This document shows, piece by piece, positions 1 through 9,169 of a stretch of DNA of 44,163 bases. Under the pieces are notes generated by a model. It ran no database searches and had not been told where the DNA came from. It saw nothing but the letters and a program-made list of their open reading frames with translations. Source of the stretch: Fusobacteriota bacterium (GTDB lineage Bacteria; Fusobacteriota; Fusobacteriia; Fusobacteriales; JBNJFI01). The stretch covers positions 1 to 44,163 of the forward strand of contig JBNJFI010000008.1 of assembly GCA_051746725.1 (NCBI GenBank). The letters are read 5' to 3'. How positions within the stretch are numbered: the stretch's first letter is position 1; every line of letters starts with the position of its first letter. Made by a program: the position numbers and the translations under genes.

Positions 1-29
1 TAAAACAAATAAAAAAATAGGAGGAATAT

Positions 30-878
30 ATGAATCCAGTATTTTTAAATTTAGGGCCACTGGAAATTAGATATTATGGATTAATGTATGCAATTGCTTT
101 TTTTCTAGGATTATATTTAGCAAAAAAGCATGGTAAAAACTTAGGATTTAAGGAAAAAACAGTTGAAGATTTTGCATTCACTGTTATGATTTCTGGTTTG
201 TTAGGCGGAAGAGTTTATTATGTATTATTACAGCATGAATATTATTTTTCGAATCCCTCTGAAATAATTGCAGTTTGGCATGGAGGAATGGCTATACATG
301 GAGGAATACTAGGTGCTATGTTAGGAGCATTTGTCTTTACTAAAATAAAAAAGAAAGATGGATGGAAACTTGCTGATATAGGAGCTGCTCCTTTTATTTT
401 AGGGCAGGCTATCGGAAGAATTGGTAATTTAATGAATGGTGATGCCCATGGAGTTCCGACATTTACCCCTTTAAAAGTCATGTTAAATAATAATTTTAAT
501 TCTTGGTGGGAAAAATATCTTTCTGGTGCTGTAGGAAAGACAACTGAATTAGTACCTTGGGGTATAATTTTTCCAAAGGGAACTCCTGCTGGAAATGAAT
601 TTCCAAATATTCCAACTCATCCAACGATGATTTATGAGATGGTTTTAAATTTTATAGCTTTTTTGAGTATTTGGTTTATATTTAGAAAAAAAGATCTACC
701 TAAAGGTTCTCTGTTTTTGATATATTTAATTGAATATGCGATAATAAGATCCATTGTCACAATATTTCGAGCAGATGATTTAATGATCTTTGGACTAAGA
801 GCCCCCCATCTAATAAGTCTTGTTATGATCATATTACCTGGATTAATTTTAATAAAAAAGTTAAAGAAAACTGAGTAA
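30..878 (+). CDS. lgt: Prolipoprotein diacylglyceryl transferase
   Basis: RYYGLMY, GGRVYYV, WHGGMAIHGG, QAIGRIGN and HPTMIYE motifs; multiple TM helices; GGAGG RBS upstream. Confidence 0.97.
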   Translation: MNPVFLNLGPLEIRYYGLMYAIAFFLGLYLAKKHGKNLGFKEKTVEDFAFTVMISGLLGGRVYYVLLQHEYYFSNPSEIIAVWHGGMAIHGGILGAMLGAFVFTKIKKKDGWKLADIGAAPFILGQAIGRIGNLMNGDAHGVPTFTPLKVMLNNNFNSWWEKYLSGAVGKTTELVPWGIIFPKGTPAGNEFPNIPTHPTMIYEMVLNFIAFLSIWFIFRKKDLPKGSLFLIYLIEYAIIRSIVTIFRADDLMIFGLRAPHLISLVMIILPGLILIKKLKKTE

Positions 879-945
879 ATAACGATAATATATTATAGAT
901 GTAAAGGATGACATCTAAAACAAAAAATCAAGGAGGATGAGTAAA

Positions 946-1083
946 ATGGGGAAGACAAATATCAAAAAAGAAATTGAAGAGATGATTATCAAGTATACTA
1001 AGTGCGAACAGGATAGCTTTATCATTGAATATTTAGAGGAATTAAGAGAGATAAAAGAAAATATAGAAAAAGCAAGAGTTTAA
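946..1083 (+). CDS. Small hypothetical protein, 45 aa (MGKTNIKKEIEEMIIKYTKCEQDSFIIEYLEELREIKENIEKARV); not in the ORF track
   Basis: AGGAGG at 931-936, ATG at 946, open frame to TAA at 1081-1083; fills the lgt-lipoprotein gap and ends in a terminator-like hairpin. Confidence 0.65.
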   Translation: MGKTNIKKEIEEMIIKYTKCEQDSFIIEYLEELREIKENIEKARV

Positions 1084-1105
1084 AAGCTCTTGCTTTTTCT
1101 ATATT
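1060..1105 (+). terminator. Intrinsic terminator-like hairpin overlapping the end of the small ORF
   Basis: 19-bp perfect inverted repeat AATATAGAAAAAGCAAGAG / CTCTTGCTTTTTCTATATT with an 8-nt loop. Confidence 0.75.
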
Positions 1106-1145
1106 GATGTGTTAAAATATAGTAAAAGATAGAGAGGGTATTAGT

Positions 1146-1670
1146 ATGAAAAAAAATCTATTATTTATTATTATTATATTTAATTTAATAGGGTGTTCTT
1201 TACTTCAAGTTGAAAAAAAATATGAAGATCCTCGATTGAAAAACTTTAAAGATTATTATCAAAATTGGCAATTAAATAATGCCAAAAAAGAATTAGATAA
1301 TTTAAAAAAAAATGAAAATATTGAGGATATAAATATTCAACAACTTTATAAAGATATTGAATTACGTAGTGATCAAAAATCAGATTTAGAAGAATTACTT
1401 GAAATTTTAAAAAATGCCATGAAAGAAAATGATTTTGAAACAATTGAAAAAAACATAGATAAAAACTTGATAAATAAAATAAAAATGAATCAGTTAAAAA
1501 AACATGATTTAAGCAATGTGAATATATTTATTGGAAAAATTGATTTTTATAAAGATAAAGCTAAAACTATTATTATATTTAATTATATAGATCAATCAGT
1601 ATATTATAATTTTGAATTTAAAATTAATGATGGAAAATGGATATTAGAACAATATGAAGAAAGAGGGTGA
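1146..1670 (+). CDS. Hypothetical lipoprotein
   Basis: MKK, hydrophobic stretch and lipobox LIGC (Cys17); the C-terminal FEFKINDGKWIL strand resembles NTF2-like domains. Confidence 0.75.
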   Translation: MKKNLLFIIIIFNLIGCSLLQVEKKYEDPRLKNFKDYYQNWQLNNAKKELDNLKKNENIEDINIQQLYKDIELRSDQKSDLEELLEILKNAMKENDFETIEKNIDKNLINKIKMNQLKKHDLSNVNIFIGKIDFYKDKAKTIIIFNYIDQSVYYNFEFKINDGKWILEQYEERG

Positions 1671-2083
1671 TAACCTTGAAAAAAAATGATATTGAATTAG
1701 AAATGGTTTCAAAACTACAAAATATCAAAATTATTAGAGATTTTATAAGTGGTTTTTTAGAAACTGAAAAAGTATCTAAGTTATTTCGTGATCAACTCAT
1801 ATCAATTGTAGATGAATTAATAACTAATGTAGCAGAACATGCCTATAATGCTGTTGATAGTTCAGAAAAAACGACAAAAATAATACTCAAAAAAGGAAGA
1901 ACTAGTATAAGCCTTACAGTTGAGGATTTTGGTCGTGGCATAAAAGAAATTAATGAACCAGAGAAAAACAGTTCAGAAAATAGGGGATTAGGACTTAAAA
2001 TTGTTGAAGGATTATCAGATGACTTTAAAATCATCAATAAAGATAAAGGTGTTAAAATAGAAATTAATAAAAAAATAAATTAG
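1667..2083 (+). CDS. RsbW/SpoIIAB-like anti-sigma factor / Ser kinase (HATPase_c_2)
   Basis: N-box DELITNVAEHAY, G1 VEDFGRG, G2 RGLGLKIV; GTG start overlaps the upstream stop (GTGA). Confidence 0.9.
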   Translation: MITLKKNDIELEMVSKLQNIKIIRDFISGFLETEKVSKLFRDQLISIVDELITNVAEHAYNAVDSSEKTTKIILKKGRTSISLTVEDFGRGIKEINEPEKNSSENRGLGLKIVEGLSDDFKIINKDKGVKIEINKKIN

Positions 2084-2092
2084 GAGGTAGTA

Positions 2093-2443
2093 ATGTTAAC
2101 AAATTTTGAATTAGAAGTAGAAGAGAAAGAAAATGACATTGTAATTATGAAAATAAAAGGGGAGTTAGATGCATTAGTTGCTCATGAATTAAAGCAAAAA
2201 TTTATTGATCTTTTAGAAGAAGATAAGAAAAATTTTATCGTTGATTTTTCTGAATTAACTCACATAAATAGTCTTGCAATGGGGATTTTAAGAGGTAGGT
2301 TAAAGGACGCACAGTCATCAGGGGGAGATATTAAACTTTCAAATCTTAATGACCACATTTCTAATATATTTGAAATGGTAGGGTTAGATGAATTGTTTGA
2401 GATTTATGATTCTAATGATGAAGCGGTTAAGGCATATAAATAA
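2093..2443 (+). CDS. STAS-domain anti-sigma factor antagonist (RsbV/SpoIIAA-like)
   Basis: IKGELDA...IVDFSELTHINSLAMGIL...IFEMVGLDELF pattern; Ser retained at the phospho-acceptor position; GGAGG RBS. Confidence 0.92.
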   Translation: MLTNFELEVEEKENDIVIMKIKGELDALVAHELKQKFIDLLEEDKKNFIVDFSELTHINSLAMGILRGRLKDAQSSGGDIKLSNLNDHISNIFEMVGLDELFEIYDSNDEAVKAYK

Positions 2444-3510
2444 TGAAAATGGTTAAAATTATAACTTTTTTGACTATATCTTTTTTGTTATTAGGTGATA
2501 ATTTTTATGAAGATTACAAAGAAGCCAATAAATTTTATGAAAATGGAAATTTAATACAAGGTAGGTATCAGCTTGAAAAAGTTTTAAATGAATATAAAGA
2601 TTACAAAGAAGCTAATGTTTTATATTTTAAAATTTTATATAATTTAGAAGATGAAACTACTTATGAAAAGATATTTGAAAAGATATTGGATTTAGATAAC
2701 GAAAGCAAAAAAGAAATTTATGAGTTTTTATTAGAAAAAGAAGATCTGGAGTATTTAGAAAAGATCTATGATTCTACAGAAGAAAAAGAAGAGATAAAAT
2801 CTTCTTTTTTGGAAATTTTGTTTGACAATCAAAGATATGATAAAATTATAAATAAATATTCTACTGATGAGTATATAGCAAAAATAGAATCTCAAAAAAG
2901 TAAGGCAGATAACAATTATTTTACAGCATTGGATTATTTAAAGAAAAACGACGTTAATAATAGTTTAATTCTATTAAAAGAGGCTATTAAGAAATATCCA
3001 TTTAACTATAGATATTTCTTAAAAATAGGACAGTTATATGCTGATAAAAAAAGCTATAATTTAGCAGAAATAAACTTTAAAAAGGCATTAAATTTTTCAG
3101 ATGAAGATAAAATCTATTTAAATCTATTCAGGTTATATAAAAGAACAAATGAAAATAATAAACTATATGCTGTATCAAGACATATATTGGATTATCAAGA
3201 GGTAAAGGAAGAGCTAAAAAGACTTTATCCTCAAAATCAAATAAACGAAGAATTAAAAATACTCAAAAAAGAACAAAACAAGATTTTTTTAAGTGCTTAC
3301 TATGAGAAAGACCTAGAGGTTGGAAATACATATAACCTGGGAAGATTAAAAGATAAAATAATTGATAATAAAACTGGAGAGGTTTTATATGCCAAAAAGG
3401 AAAAACTCGCCAAAATAAGATTTTTTGATTCTCAAGATAAGATACTAGTTTTTCATGTACTTGAAGGAACGCAAAATATAAATCTAGAAGATAATTACAT
3501 ATTATATTGA
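2443..3510 (+). CDS. Exported tetratricopeptide-repeat protein
   Basis: Signal-peptide-like N-terminus; TPR-like helices (YFLKIGQLYADKKSYNLAEINFKKALNF); start overlaps the STAS stop (TAATG). Confidence 0.75.
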   Translation: MKMVKIITFLTISFLLLGDNFYEDYKEANKFYENGNLIQGRYQLEKVLNEYKDYKEANVLYFKILYNLEDETTYEKIFEKILDLDNESKKEIYEFLLEKEDLEYLEKIYDSTEEKEEIKSSFLEILFDNQRYDKIINKYSTDEYIAKIESQKSKADNNYFTALDYLKKNDVNNSLILLKEAIKKYPFNYRYFLKIGQLYADKKSYNLAEINFKKALNFSDEDKIYLNLFRLYKRTNENNKLYAVSRHILDYQEVKEELKRLYPQNQINEELKILKKEQNKIFLSAYYEKDLEVGNTYNLGRLKDKIIDNKTGEVLYAKKEKLAKIRFFDSQDKILVFHVLEGTQNINLEDNYILY

Positions 3511-3535
3511 CAAACAGTTAAAAAAAATGTACAAT
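3507..3535 (+). promoter_or_regulatory. Sigma70-type promoter for rny
   Basis: TTGACA (3507-3512), 17 nt, TACAAT (3530-3535); the -35 box overlaps the TGA of the TPR gene. Confidence 0.75.
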
Positions 3536-3587
3536 AGTTATCAATAATATATATTTTTTAATATATATATAACATATGGAGGTGATT

Positions 3588-5162
3588 TTGATTAGTAGTA
3601 TAGGAATAATTATTTCAGCAGTATTAGCAGCTAGTGCTGGTGGTGCAGTAGGATATATTCTGAGAAAAAGAATAGTCGATGCTGAAATTGGAAAAAGAGA
3701 TGAAATAAAACGTGAAATAAAAGCATTAAAGGAAAACGCTTCAAAAATAGAAGAAGATGCAAAGCGAGAAGTAGAAGCATTAAAAAAAGAAGCTAAGATT
3801 CAAGCTAAGGAAGAAGCGTACAAGTTAAAGGAAGAAGCAGAAAAAGAAATTAAAGAAGCGAACAATGAAATTAAGAAAAAAGAAGATCGTATAATCAAAA
3901 AAGAGGAAAGTCTAGATAAAAAAACGGAAAGAATAGAGAAAAAAGAGACTGAACTTCTTAAAAAAACTGATTCTCTTACTAAAAAAGAAGAGGAAATAGA
4001 ACAACTAAAAGAAAAAAGAGAAAAAGAAATTGAAAGAATCGCAGAATTAACAAAAGAGGAAGCACAAGAGAGATTACTATCGAATTTAGAAAAAGAATTA
4101 ACTCATGAACGAGCTCTTTTAATTAAAGAGAGTGAAGAGATATTAGAAGAAGAAAAAGATAAATTATCTAAGAAAATTTTATCCAATGCAATAAATAAAG
4201 CGGCTTCTGATTATGTTGTTGATACCACAATTGCAGTGGTACATCTTCCAAATGATGATATGAAAGGAAGAATAATTGGACGTGAAGGACGTAATATAAG
4301 AGCACTTGAAGCTCAAACTGGTGTTGATGTAATAATAGATGATACTCCAGAAGCAGTGGTTTTATCAAGTTTTGATTCTGTAAGAAGAGAAATTGCAAGA
4401 ATAGCAGTAGAAAAGCTTGTTGAAGATGGAAGAATACATCCCGCAAGAATTGAGGAGATTGTTGCTAAGGCTAAAGAAGAGGTTGATGCTGAGATTTTAG
4501 ATGCTGGAGAACAGGCTTTGTTAGAAACTAATATACATAATGTAAAATTAGATGTTAAGAAAACCTTGGGACGATTGAGATATCGAACAAGTTATGGTCA
4601 AAACATATTGAACCATTCAATGGAAGTAGCTAATATAATGGGGATGATGGCTTCTGAGCTTGGAATTGATGAAAGATTAGCACGAAGAGCTGGATTATTT
4701 CATGATATTGGAAAGGCTTTAGATCATGATAAAGAAGGATCTCATGCAGTTTTAGGAGCAAACTATTTAAAAAAATTCAATGAGAAAGATATTATAGTTA
4801 ATGCTGTTGGAGCTCATCATGGAGATACTGAGAAAAATAGTATTATAGCAGTTTTAGTAGAGGCAGCAGATGCTGTATCGGCTTCTAGACCTGGTGCAAG
4901 ACGAGAAACTTTAGAAACATATATTAAGAGATTGAAAGATCTTGAAAAAATTGGTAATGATGTTAATGGGGTTAAACAGGCATATGCAATACAAGCCGGT
5001 AGAGAGATAAGAATAATAATTGATCCAGAACAAATAACTGATGATAGAGCTATTAATATATCTAGAGAAGTTGCAAAAAAAATAGAAGAAGAGATGCAAT
5101 ATCCTGGACAAATTAAAGTAACTGTAGTAAGAGAAACAAGAGCTGTAGAGTACGCAAAATAA
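3588..5162 (+). CDS. rny: Ribonuclease Y
   Basis: N-terminal TM, coiled coil, KH domain ([14 protein letters not shown]), HD domain (GLFHDIGK), C-terminal [20 protein letters not shown]. Start placed at TTG 3588 behind GGAGG (3578-3582); the ORF track uses ATG 3576. Confidence 0.97.
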   Translation: MISSIGIIISAVLAASAGGAVGYILRKRIVDAEIGKRDEIKREIKALKENASKIEEDAKREVEALKKEAKIQAKEEAYKLKEEAEKEIKEANNEIKKKEDRIIKKEESLDKKTERIEKKETELLKKTDSLTKKEEEIEQLKEKREKEIERIAELTKEEAQERLLSNLEKELTHERALLIKESEEILEEEKDKLSKKILSNAINKAASDYVVDTTIAVVHLPNDDMKGRIIGREGRNIRALEAQTGVDVIIDDTPEAVVLSSFDSVRREIARIAVEKLVEDGRIHPARIEEIVAKAKEEVDAEILDAGEQALLETNIHNVKLDVKKTLGRLRYRTSYGQNILNHSMEVANIMGMMASELGIDERLARRAGLFHDIGKALDHDKEGSHAVLGANYLKKFNEKDIIVNAVGAHHGDTEKNSIIAVLVEAADAVSASRPGARRETLETYIKRLKDLEKIGNDVNGVKQAYAIQAGREIRIIIDPEQITDDRAINISREVAKKIEEEMQYPGQIKVTVVRETRAVEYAK

Positions 5163-5184
5163 AACAAAATTAGTATAAATAAGT

Positions 5185-5220
5185 TATATAAATAGCGACT
5201 GCAAGGTCGCTATTTATATA
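5185..5220 (+). terminator. Hairpin after rny (terminator or stabilising stem)
   Basis: TATATAAATAGCGAC / GTCGCTATTTATATA 15-bp arms around T-GCAA-G (GNRA tetraloop). Confidence 0.7.
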
Positions 5221-5267
5221 TATAATAATATTTCATAATAAAATGAATTTATTTAGAAGGAGTAAAG

Positions 5268-6047
5268 ATGAAAGTTTTAATAGTTGGCGATTTGATTAGC
5301 AAACCAGGAAGAAAGGTCTTAAAAAGATATTTATCAAAAAACAAATCTAAGTATGATTTTATAGTAATAAATGGTGAAAATTCAGCTGGTGGTTTTGGTA
5401 TAACTGAAAATATAGCTGAAAGCTTTTTTAATAGTGGAGTTGATATTATAACAACAGGAAATCACGTATGGGATCAAAAAAAAATATATCCATATTTAGA
5501 CTCTACAGAGCGAATATTAAGACCTCTTAATTATGTGGATACAGCACCAGGTCATGGAAGTACTGTTTATAGCAAAAAAGGGAAAACATTAGGTGTTATA
5601 AATTTACAAGGTAGAATTTTTATGGGAGAACTAGAGTCTCCATTTTTACAAATAGAAGATGAGATAAAGCGCTTGAAAGAAGAAACTGACTGCATTATTG
5701 TTGATTTTCATGCTGAAACTACTTCAGAAAAAATGGCCATGGGTTGGTTTTTAGATGGAAAAGCATCAGTTGTTTATGGAACGCATACACATGTACTTAC
5801 CGCGGACAATCGTATTTTAAAAAAAGGAACAGGATATATAACAGATATCGGTATGAGTGGTGGATTTGATGGTATTATTGGAATGCAAAAAGAAGATATT
5901 ATTCAAAAATTTAAAGATTGTTTACCTACGAGGTTTAAAGTATGTAAAGAAAATATAAGATTAAATGGAATTGAAGTAGAAATAGATGAAGAGACTGGTA
6001 AATGTAGCTCAATAGAAAGATTAGATGTCAGATTAGAGGATATATAA
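5268..6047 (+). CDS. ymdB: YmdB/TIGR00282-family metallophosphoesterase
   Basis: GD, NGENSAGG, TTGNH, DFHAETTSEK and GTHTH motifs; canonical position after rny. Confidence 0.93.
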   Translation: MKVLIVGDLISKPGRKVLKRYLSKNKSKYDFIVINGENSAGGFGITENIAESFFNSGVDIITTGNHVWDQKKIYPYLDSTERILRPLNYVDTAPGHGSTVYSKKGKTLGVINLQGRIFMGELESPFLQIEDEIKRLKEETDCIIVDFHAETTSEKMAMGWFLDGKASVVYGTHTHVLTADNRILKKGTGYITDIGMSGGFDGIIGMQKEDIIQKFKDCLPTRFKVCKENIRLNGIEVEIDEETGKCSSIERLDVRLEDI

Positions 6048-6066
6048 TCAAAAAAGGAGTAATAAA

Positions 6067-6333
6067 ATGAAAAAATTTATAATACAAGGTCGAGTTCAAA
6101 TGGTTGGTTATAGAAATTTTTGTTTAAACTTATCTAAAAAATTGGGTTTGAAAGGTCGAGTTAAAAATTTAAGTAATGGAGATGTTGAATTAAAGTTAAA
6201 TGATATAAACTCAGAAACTTATGATGAATTATTGAAAAATTTAAAAAAGGGACCACCAGCAGCAAATGTTACTAATATAGAAGTTGAAGAATATTCTGGT
6301 CAAAACTATAAAGATTTTCAAGTAGCTTATTAA
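6067..6333 (+). CDS. acyP: Acylphosphatase
   Basis: GRVQMVGYR, GRVKNLSNGDVE, GPPAANV. Confidence 0.93.
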   Translation: MKKFIIQGRVQMVGYRNFCLNLSKKLGLKGRVKNLSNGDVELKLNDINSETYDELLKNLKKGPPAANVTNIEVEEYSGQNYKDFQVAY

Positions 6334-6362
6334 CTAAATATATTTCAAATCGAAAGAGAGAA

Positions 6363-6794
6363 GTGAATGAGATGAAAACTTGTATAAATTGTGGAAATGA
6401 AATTAAAATGATTTCAAAAGAACCAGAAAAACTATATTATTGCCGTAAGTGTACTGAAAAATTATTAAATAAAAATAGAAAAATTATCGAGGAAGAAAAT
6501 GTTAACAGAAATTCATATTTTACATTTTTTTATATTATGATCCCAGGAATATATCAGATTAAAAAGGGAGAGTTTATGCTGGGGACAATTAGTCTTTTTT
6601 CTGGAATTATAATGCCTCTTTTTTGGGCAATGTTATTTTATTTTGAAATCAAATTTGAATTAATTAGCGAGCAAATAAAGGCAGTTAATTATATTTTTAC
6701 AATATTTATAGTATTTAATACAGGAATTATTTATATTCACAATTTAATAAATGTACTTAAAGGAGAAGAAAATGAAAATACTTTTATCAAATGA
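6363..6794 (+). CDS. Hypothetical membrane protein with N-terminal Zn-ribbon
   Basis: CINC...CRKC followed by 2-3 hydrophobic segments including IPGIYQI; overlaps the surE start. Start may be ATG 6372. Confidence 0.65.
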   Translation: MNEMKTCINCGNEIKMISKEPEKLYYCRKCTEKLLNKNRKIIEEENVNRNSYFTFFYIMIPGIYQIKKGEFMLGTISLFSGIIMPLFWAMLFYFEIKFELISEQIKAVNYIFTIFIVFNTGIIYIHNLINVLKGEENENTFIK

Positions 6795-7536
6795 TGATGG
6801 GATTGATGCAGAGGGGATTAGAATCCTGAGACAATATTTAAAAGCTGAGGATCATGAGGTGTATGTAGTTGCTCCTCAGAAAGAAGAGAGCGGTACAGGT
6901 CATGGAGTAACTCTACATGAACCTCTTAGAATAAAAGAAGTTTATAAAAATAATGAATTTTATGGATATGCAGTTTCCGGAAAGCCAACTGACTGTGTTA
7001 AATTAGCTATTTGGGGTATATACAAAGATACTAAATTTGATTATCTTATTTCTGGAATTAATAGAGGAGAAAACTTAGGAACTGATATTTTATATTCTGG
7101 AACTGTTTCAGCAGCGGCTGAAGGATCTCTTCTAGGATTGTCTTCTATTGCAATTTCAGTATATACAGATAAAGATAAAGATACTTATAATTATGATACA
7201 GCAGCAAAATTTTTGATAGATTATCTTAAAGAGATAAAAAAAGATGATTTTCCAAGAGATAGTTTGCTAAATATAAATGTTCCAAATATTAAATATTCCG
7301 AGCTAAAAGGCTTTGATTATACTATTCAAAGCGAAAAAAGATATGAAGATAATTTTACTGAGAGAATAGATCCACAAGGTAATAAATATTATTGGCTTGG
7401 TGGTGAAGCTGTGGAATATGGAGATGGGATAGAACTAGATTTTAATGCAGTTAAAAACAAAAAAGTTTCAATAACTCCTATAAAACTTAATTTAACGGAT
7501 TATACTTTTTTGAAAAGACTTAAAGGAGAGAGGTAA
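6772..7536 (+). CDS. surE: 5'/3'-nucleotidase SurE
   Basis: ILLSNDDG, SGKPTDCV, SGINRGEN, YSGTVSAA; start at ATG 6772 behind AGGAG. Confidence 0.96.
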   Translation: MKILLSNDDGIDAEGIRILRQYLKAEDHEVYVVAPQKEESGTGHGVTLHEPLRIKEVYKNNEFYGYAVSGKPTDCVKLAIWGIYKDTKFDYLISGINRGENLGTDILYSGTVSAAAEGSLLGLSSIAISVYTDKDKDTYNYDTAAKFLIDYLKEIKKDDFPRDSLLNINVPNIKYSELKGFDYTIQSEKRYEDNFTERIDPQGNKYYWLGGEAVEYGDGIELDFNAVKNKKVSITPIKLNLTDYTFLKRLKGER

Positions 7537-7543
7537 AATTCAT

Positions 7544-9169
7544 ATGACAAGACCTATAGATAAATTAAGTCCCTTAAATTTTTTAGATATTAATATCAAA
7601 GATAAAATTGAATGTGACTATTTAGTAGTTGGGACTGGAATATCTGGATTAAAGACAAGTCTAAGTTTGGCAAAAGAAAACGATGTCTTAGTAATTACAA
7701 AATCAAAATTAATCGAAACAAATACTAGATATGCTCAGGGAGGAATTGCAGCTGTATTTTCAGATGATGATGATTATGACTTGCATGTAAAAGATACTAT
7801 ATATGCTGGTGCTGGTCTATGTAATGAAGATTCAGTGAAAACCTTAGTTGAAGAAGGTCCTAGAAGAATTAGAGAGTTACTTGATATAAATACCAAATTC
7901 GACAGAAAATCTGACGGTTCTCTTTCTCTTACAAAAGAAGCAGCACATTCGAAAAATAGAATATTACACGCTGGAGATACTACCGGGGCTGAAGTAGAAA
8001 GAGCTTTGGCCGATGAAAAAAGAAAGAAGCAAAATATAAAATTAAAAGAGTACTTTTTTTTGATAGATATTTTAGACAAAAATAGTGCTTTGGCTTATGA
8101 CGAAAAAAATGAAATATATGTTCAAGTTTTTTTTCAAAGTATAATTTTTGCAACAGGTAGTATTGGCCAAATATATAAAAATACTTCTAATCCTGAAGTG
8201 GCTACTGGAGATGGATTGGCTATAACATATAGACATAACGTAGAATTATCAGATTTAGAATTTATACAATTTCATCCAACAACTTTTTATAAAAAAGGAG
8301 TTCCTAGTTTTTTAATTTCAGAAGCTCTACGTGGAGAAGGAGGAAAGCTACGAAATATTCATGGAGAAGAGTTTATGGAAAATTATACATCTAAAAAAGA
8401 ATTAGCTCCTAGAGATGTTGTTAGTAGATCTATTTTACGAGAGATAAAAAGAACAGATTCTAAATGCGTATATTTAGATATGACTCACTTGGATAAAGAA
8501 TATTTAAAGAACAGATTTCCTGGAATATACGAATTTTGTAGTGAACACGGTATAGATATAGCAAAGGACTATATACCTGTTTCTCCTGCAGCTCATTATA
8601 TAATGGGTGGGATAAATACTGATTTAAATGGAAAAACTAATAAAGAAAATATATATGCAGTAGGAGAAGTTGCTAGAACAGGGGTTCATGGTGCTAATAG
8701 ATTAGCTAGTAATTCTTTGTTAGAAGGGTTAGTTTTTGGAAAGAGAGTATCGAAAAAAATTCTAGAAAGTGAAAATACAAAAATAAACAAAAATAAATAT
8801 GAATTCTCAGAAAATACAAAGGATATAATAACTCATAAAAAAATAATTGAAATTCGAAGAAAATTACAAAAGAACATGTGGGATAATGTAGGAGTATTTA
8901 GAGAAGAGAAGCATCTAAAAAAAGCTTTAAAAAAAATTAAAAGTTATGCTGATGAAGTTATAAATTACAAATTTAATAAAGATGTAATAATTCAAGGGTT
9001 AGAACTTATAAATATGATAACAGTTGCGTATCTAATTACTGAAGCAGCTTTGTATAGAAGAGAGAGTCGAGGTGCTCATTTTAGATTTGATTATCAAAAG
9101 AAAAGAGAAAAATTTAAAAAGCCTATTATAATCAGAAAAGATGATGATAAGGAGAAAAAAATCTTATGA
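7544..9169 (+). CDS. nadB: L-aspartate oxidase
   Basis: FAD motif VVGTGISG, AQGGIAA, FIQFHPT, LISEALRGEG, APRDVVSR, GVHGANRLASNSLLEG, RESRGAH. Confidence 0.93.
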   Translation: MTRPIDKLSPLNFLDINIKDKIECDYLVVGTGISGLKTSLSLAKENDVLVITKSKLIETNTRYAQGGIAAVFSDDDDYDLHVKDTIYAGAGLCNEDSVKTLVEEGPRRIRELLDINTKFDRKSDGSLSLTKEAAHSKNRILHAGDTTGAEVERALADEKRKKQNIKLKEYFFLIDILDKNSALAYDEKNEIYVQVFFQSIIFATGSIGQIYKNTSNPEVATGDGLAITYRHNVELSDLEFIQFHPTTFYKKGVPSFLISEALRGEGGKLRNIHGEEFMENYTSKKELAPRDVVSRSILREIKRTDSKCVYLDMTHLDKEYLKNRFPGIYEFCSEHGIDIAKDYIPVSPAAHYIMGGINTDLNGKTNKENIYAVGEVARTGVHGANRLASNSLLEGLVFGKRVSKKILESENTKINKNKYEFSENTKDIITHKKIIEIRRKLQKNMWDNVGVFREEKHLKKALKKIKSYADEVINYKFNKDVIIQGLELINMITVAYLITEAALYRRESRGAHFRFDYQKKREKFKKPIIIRKDDDKEKKIL

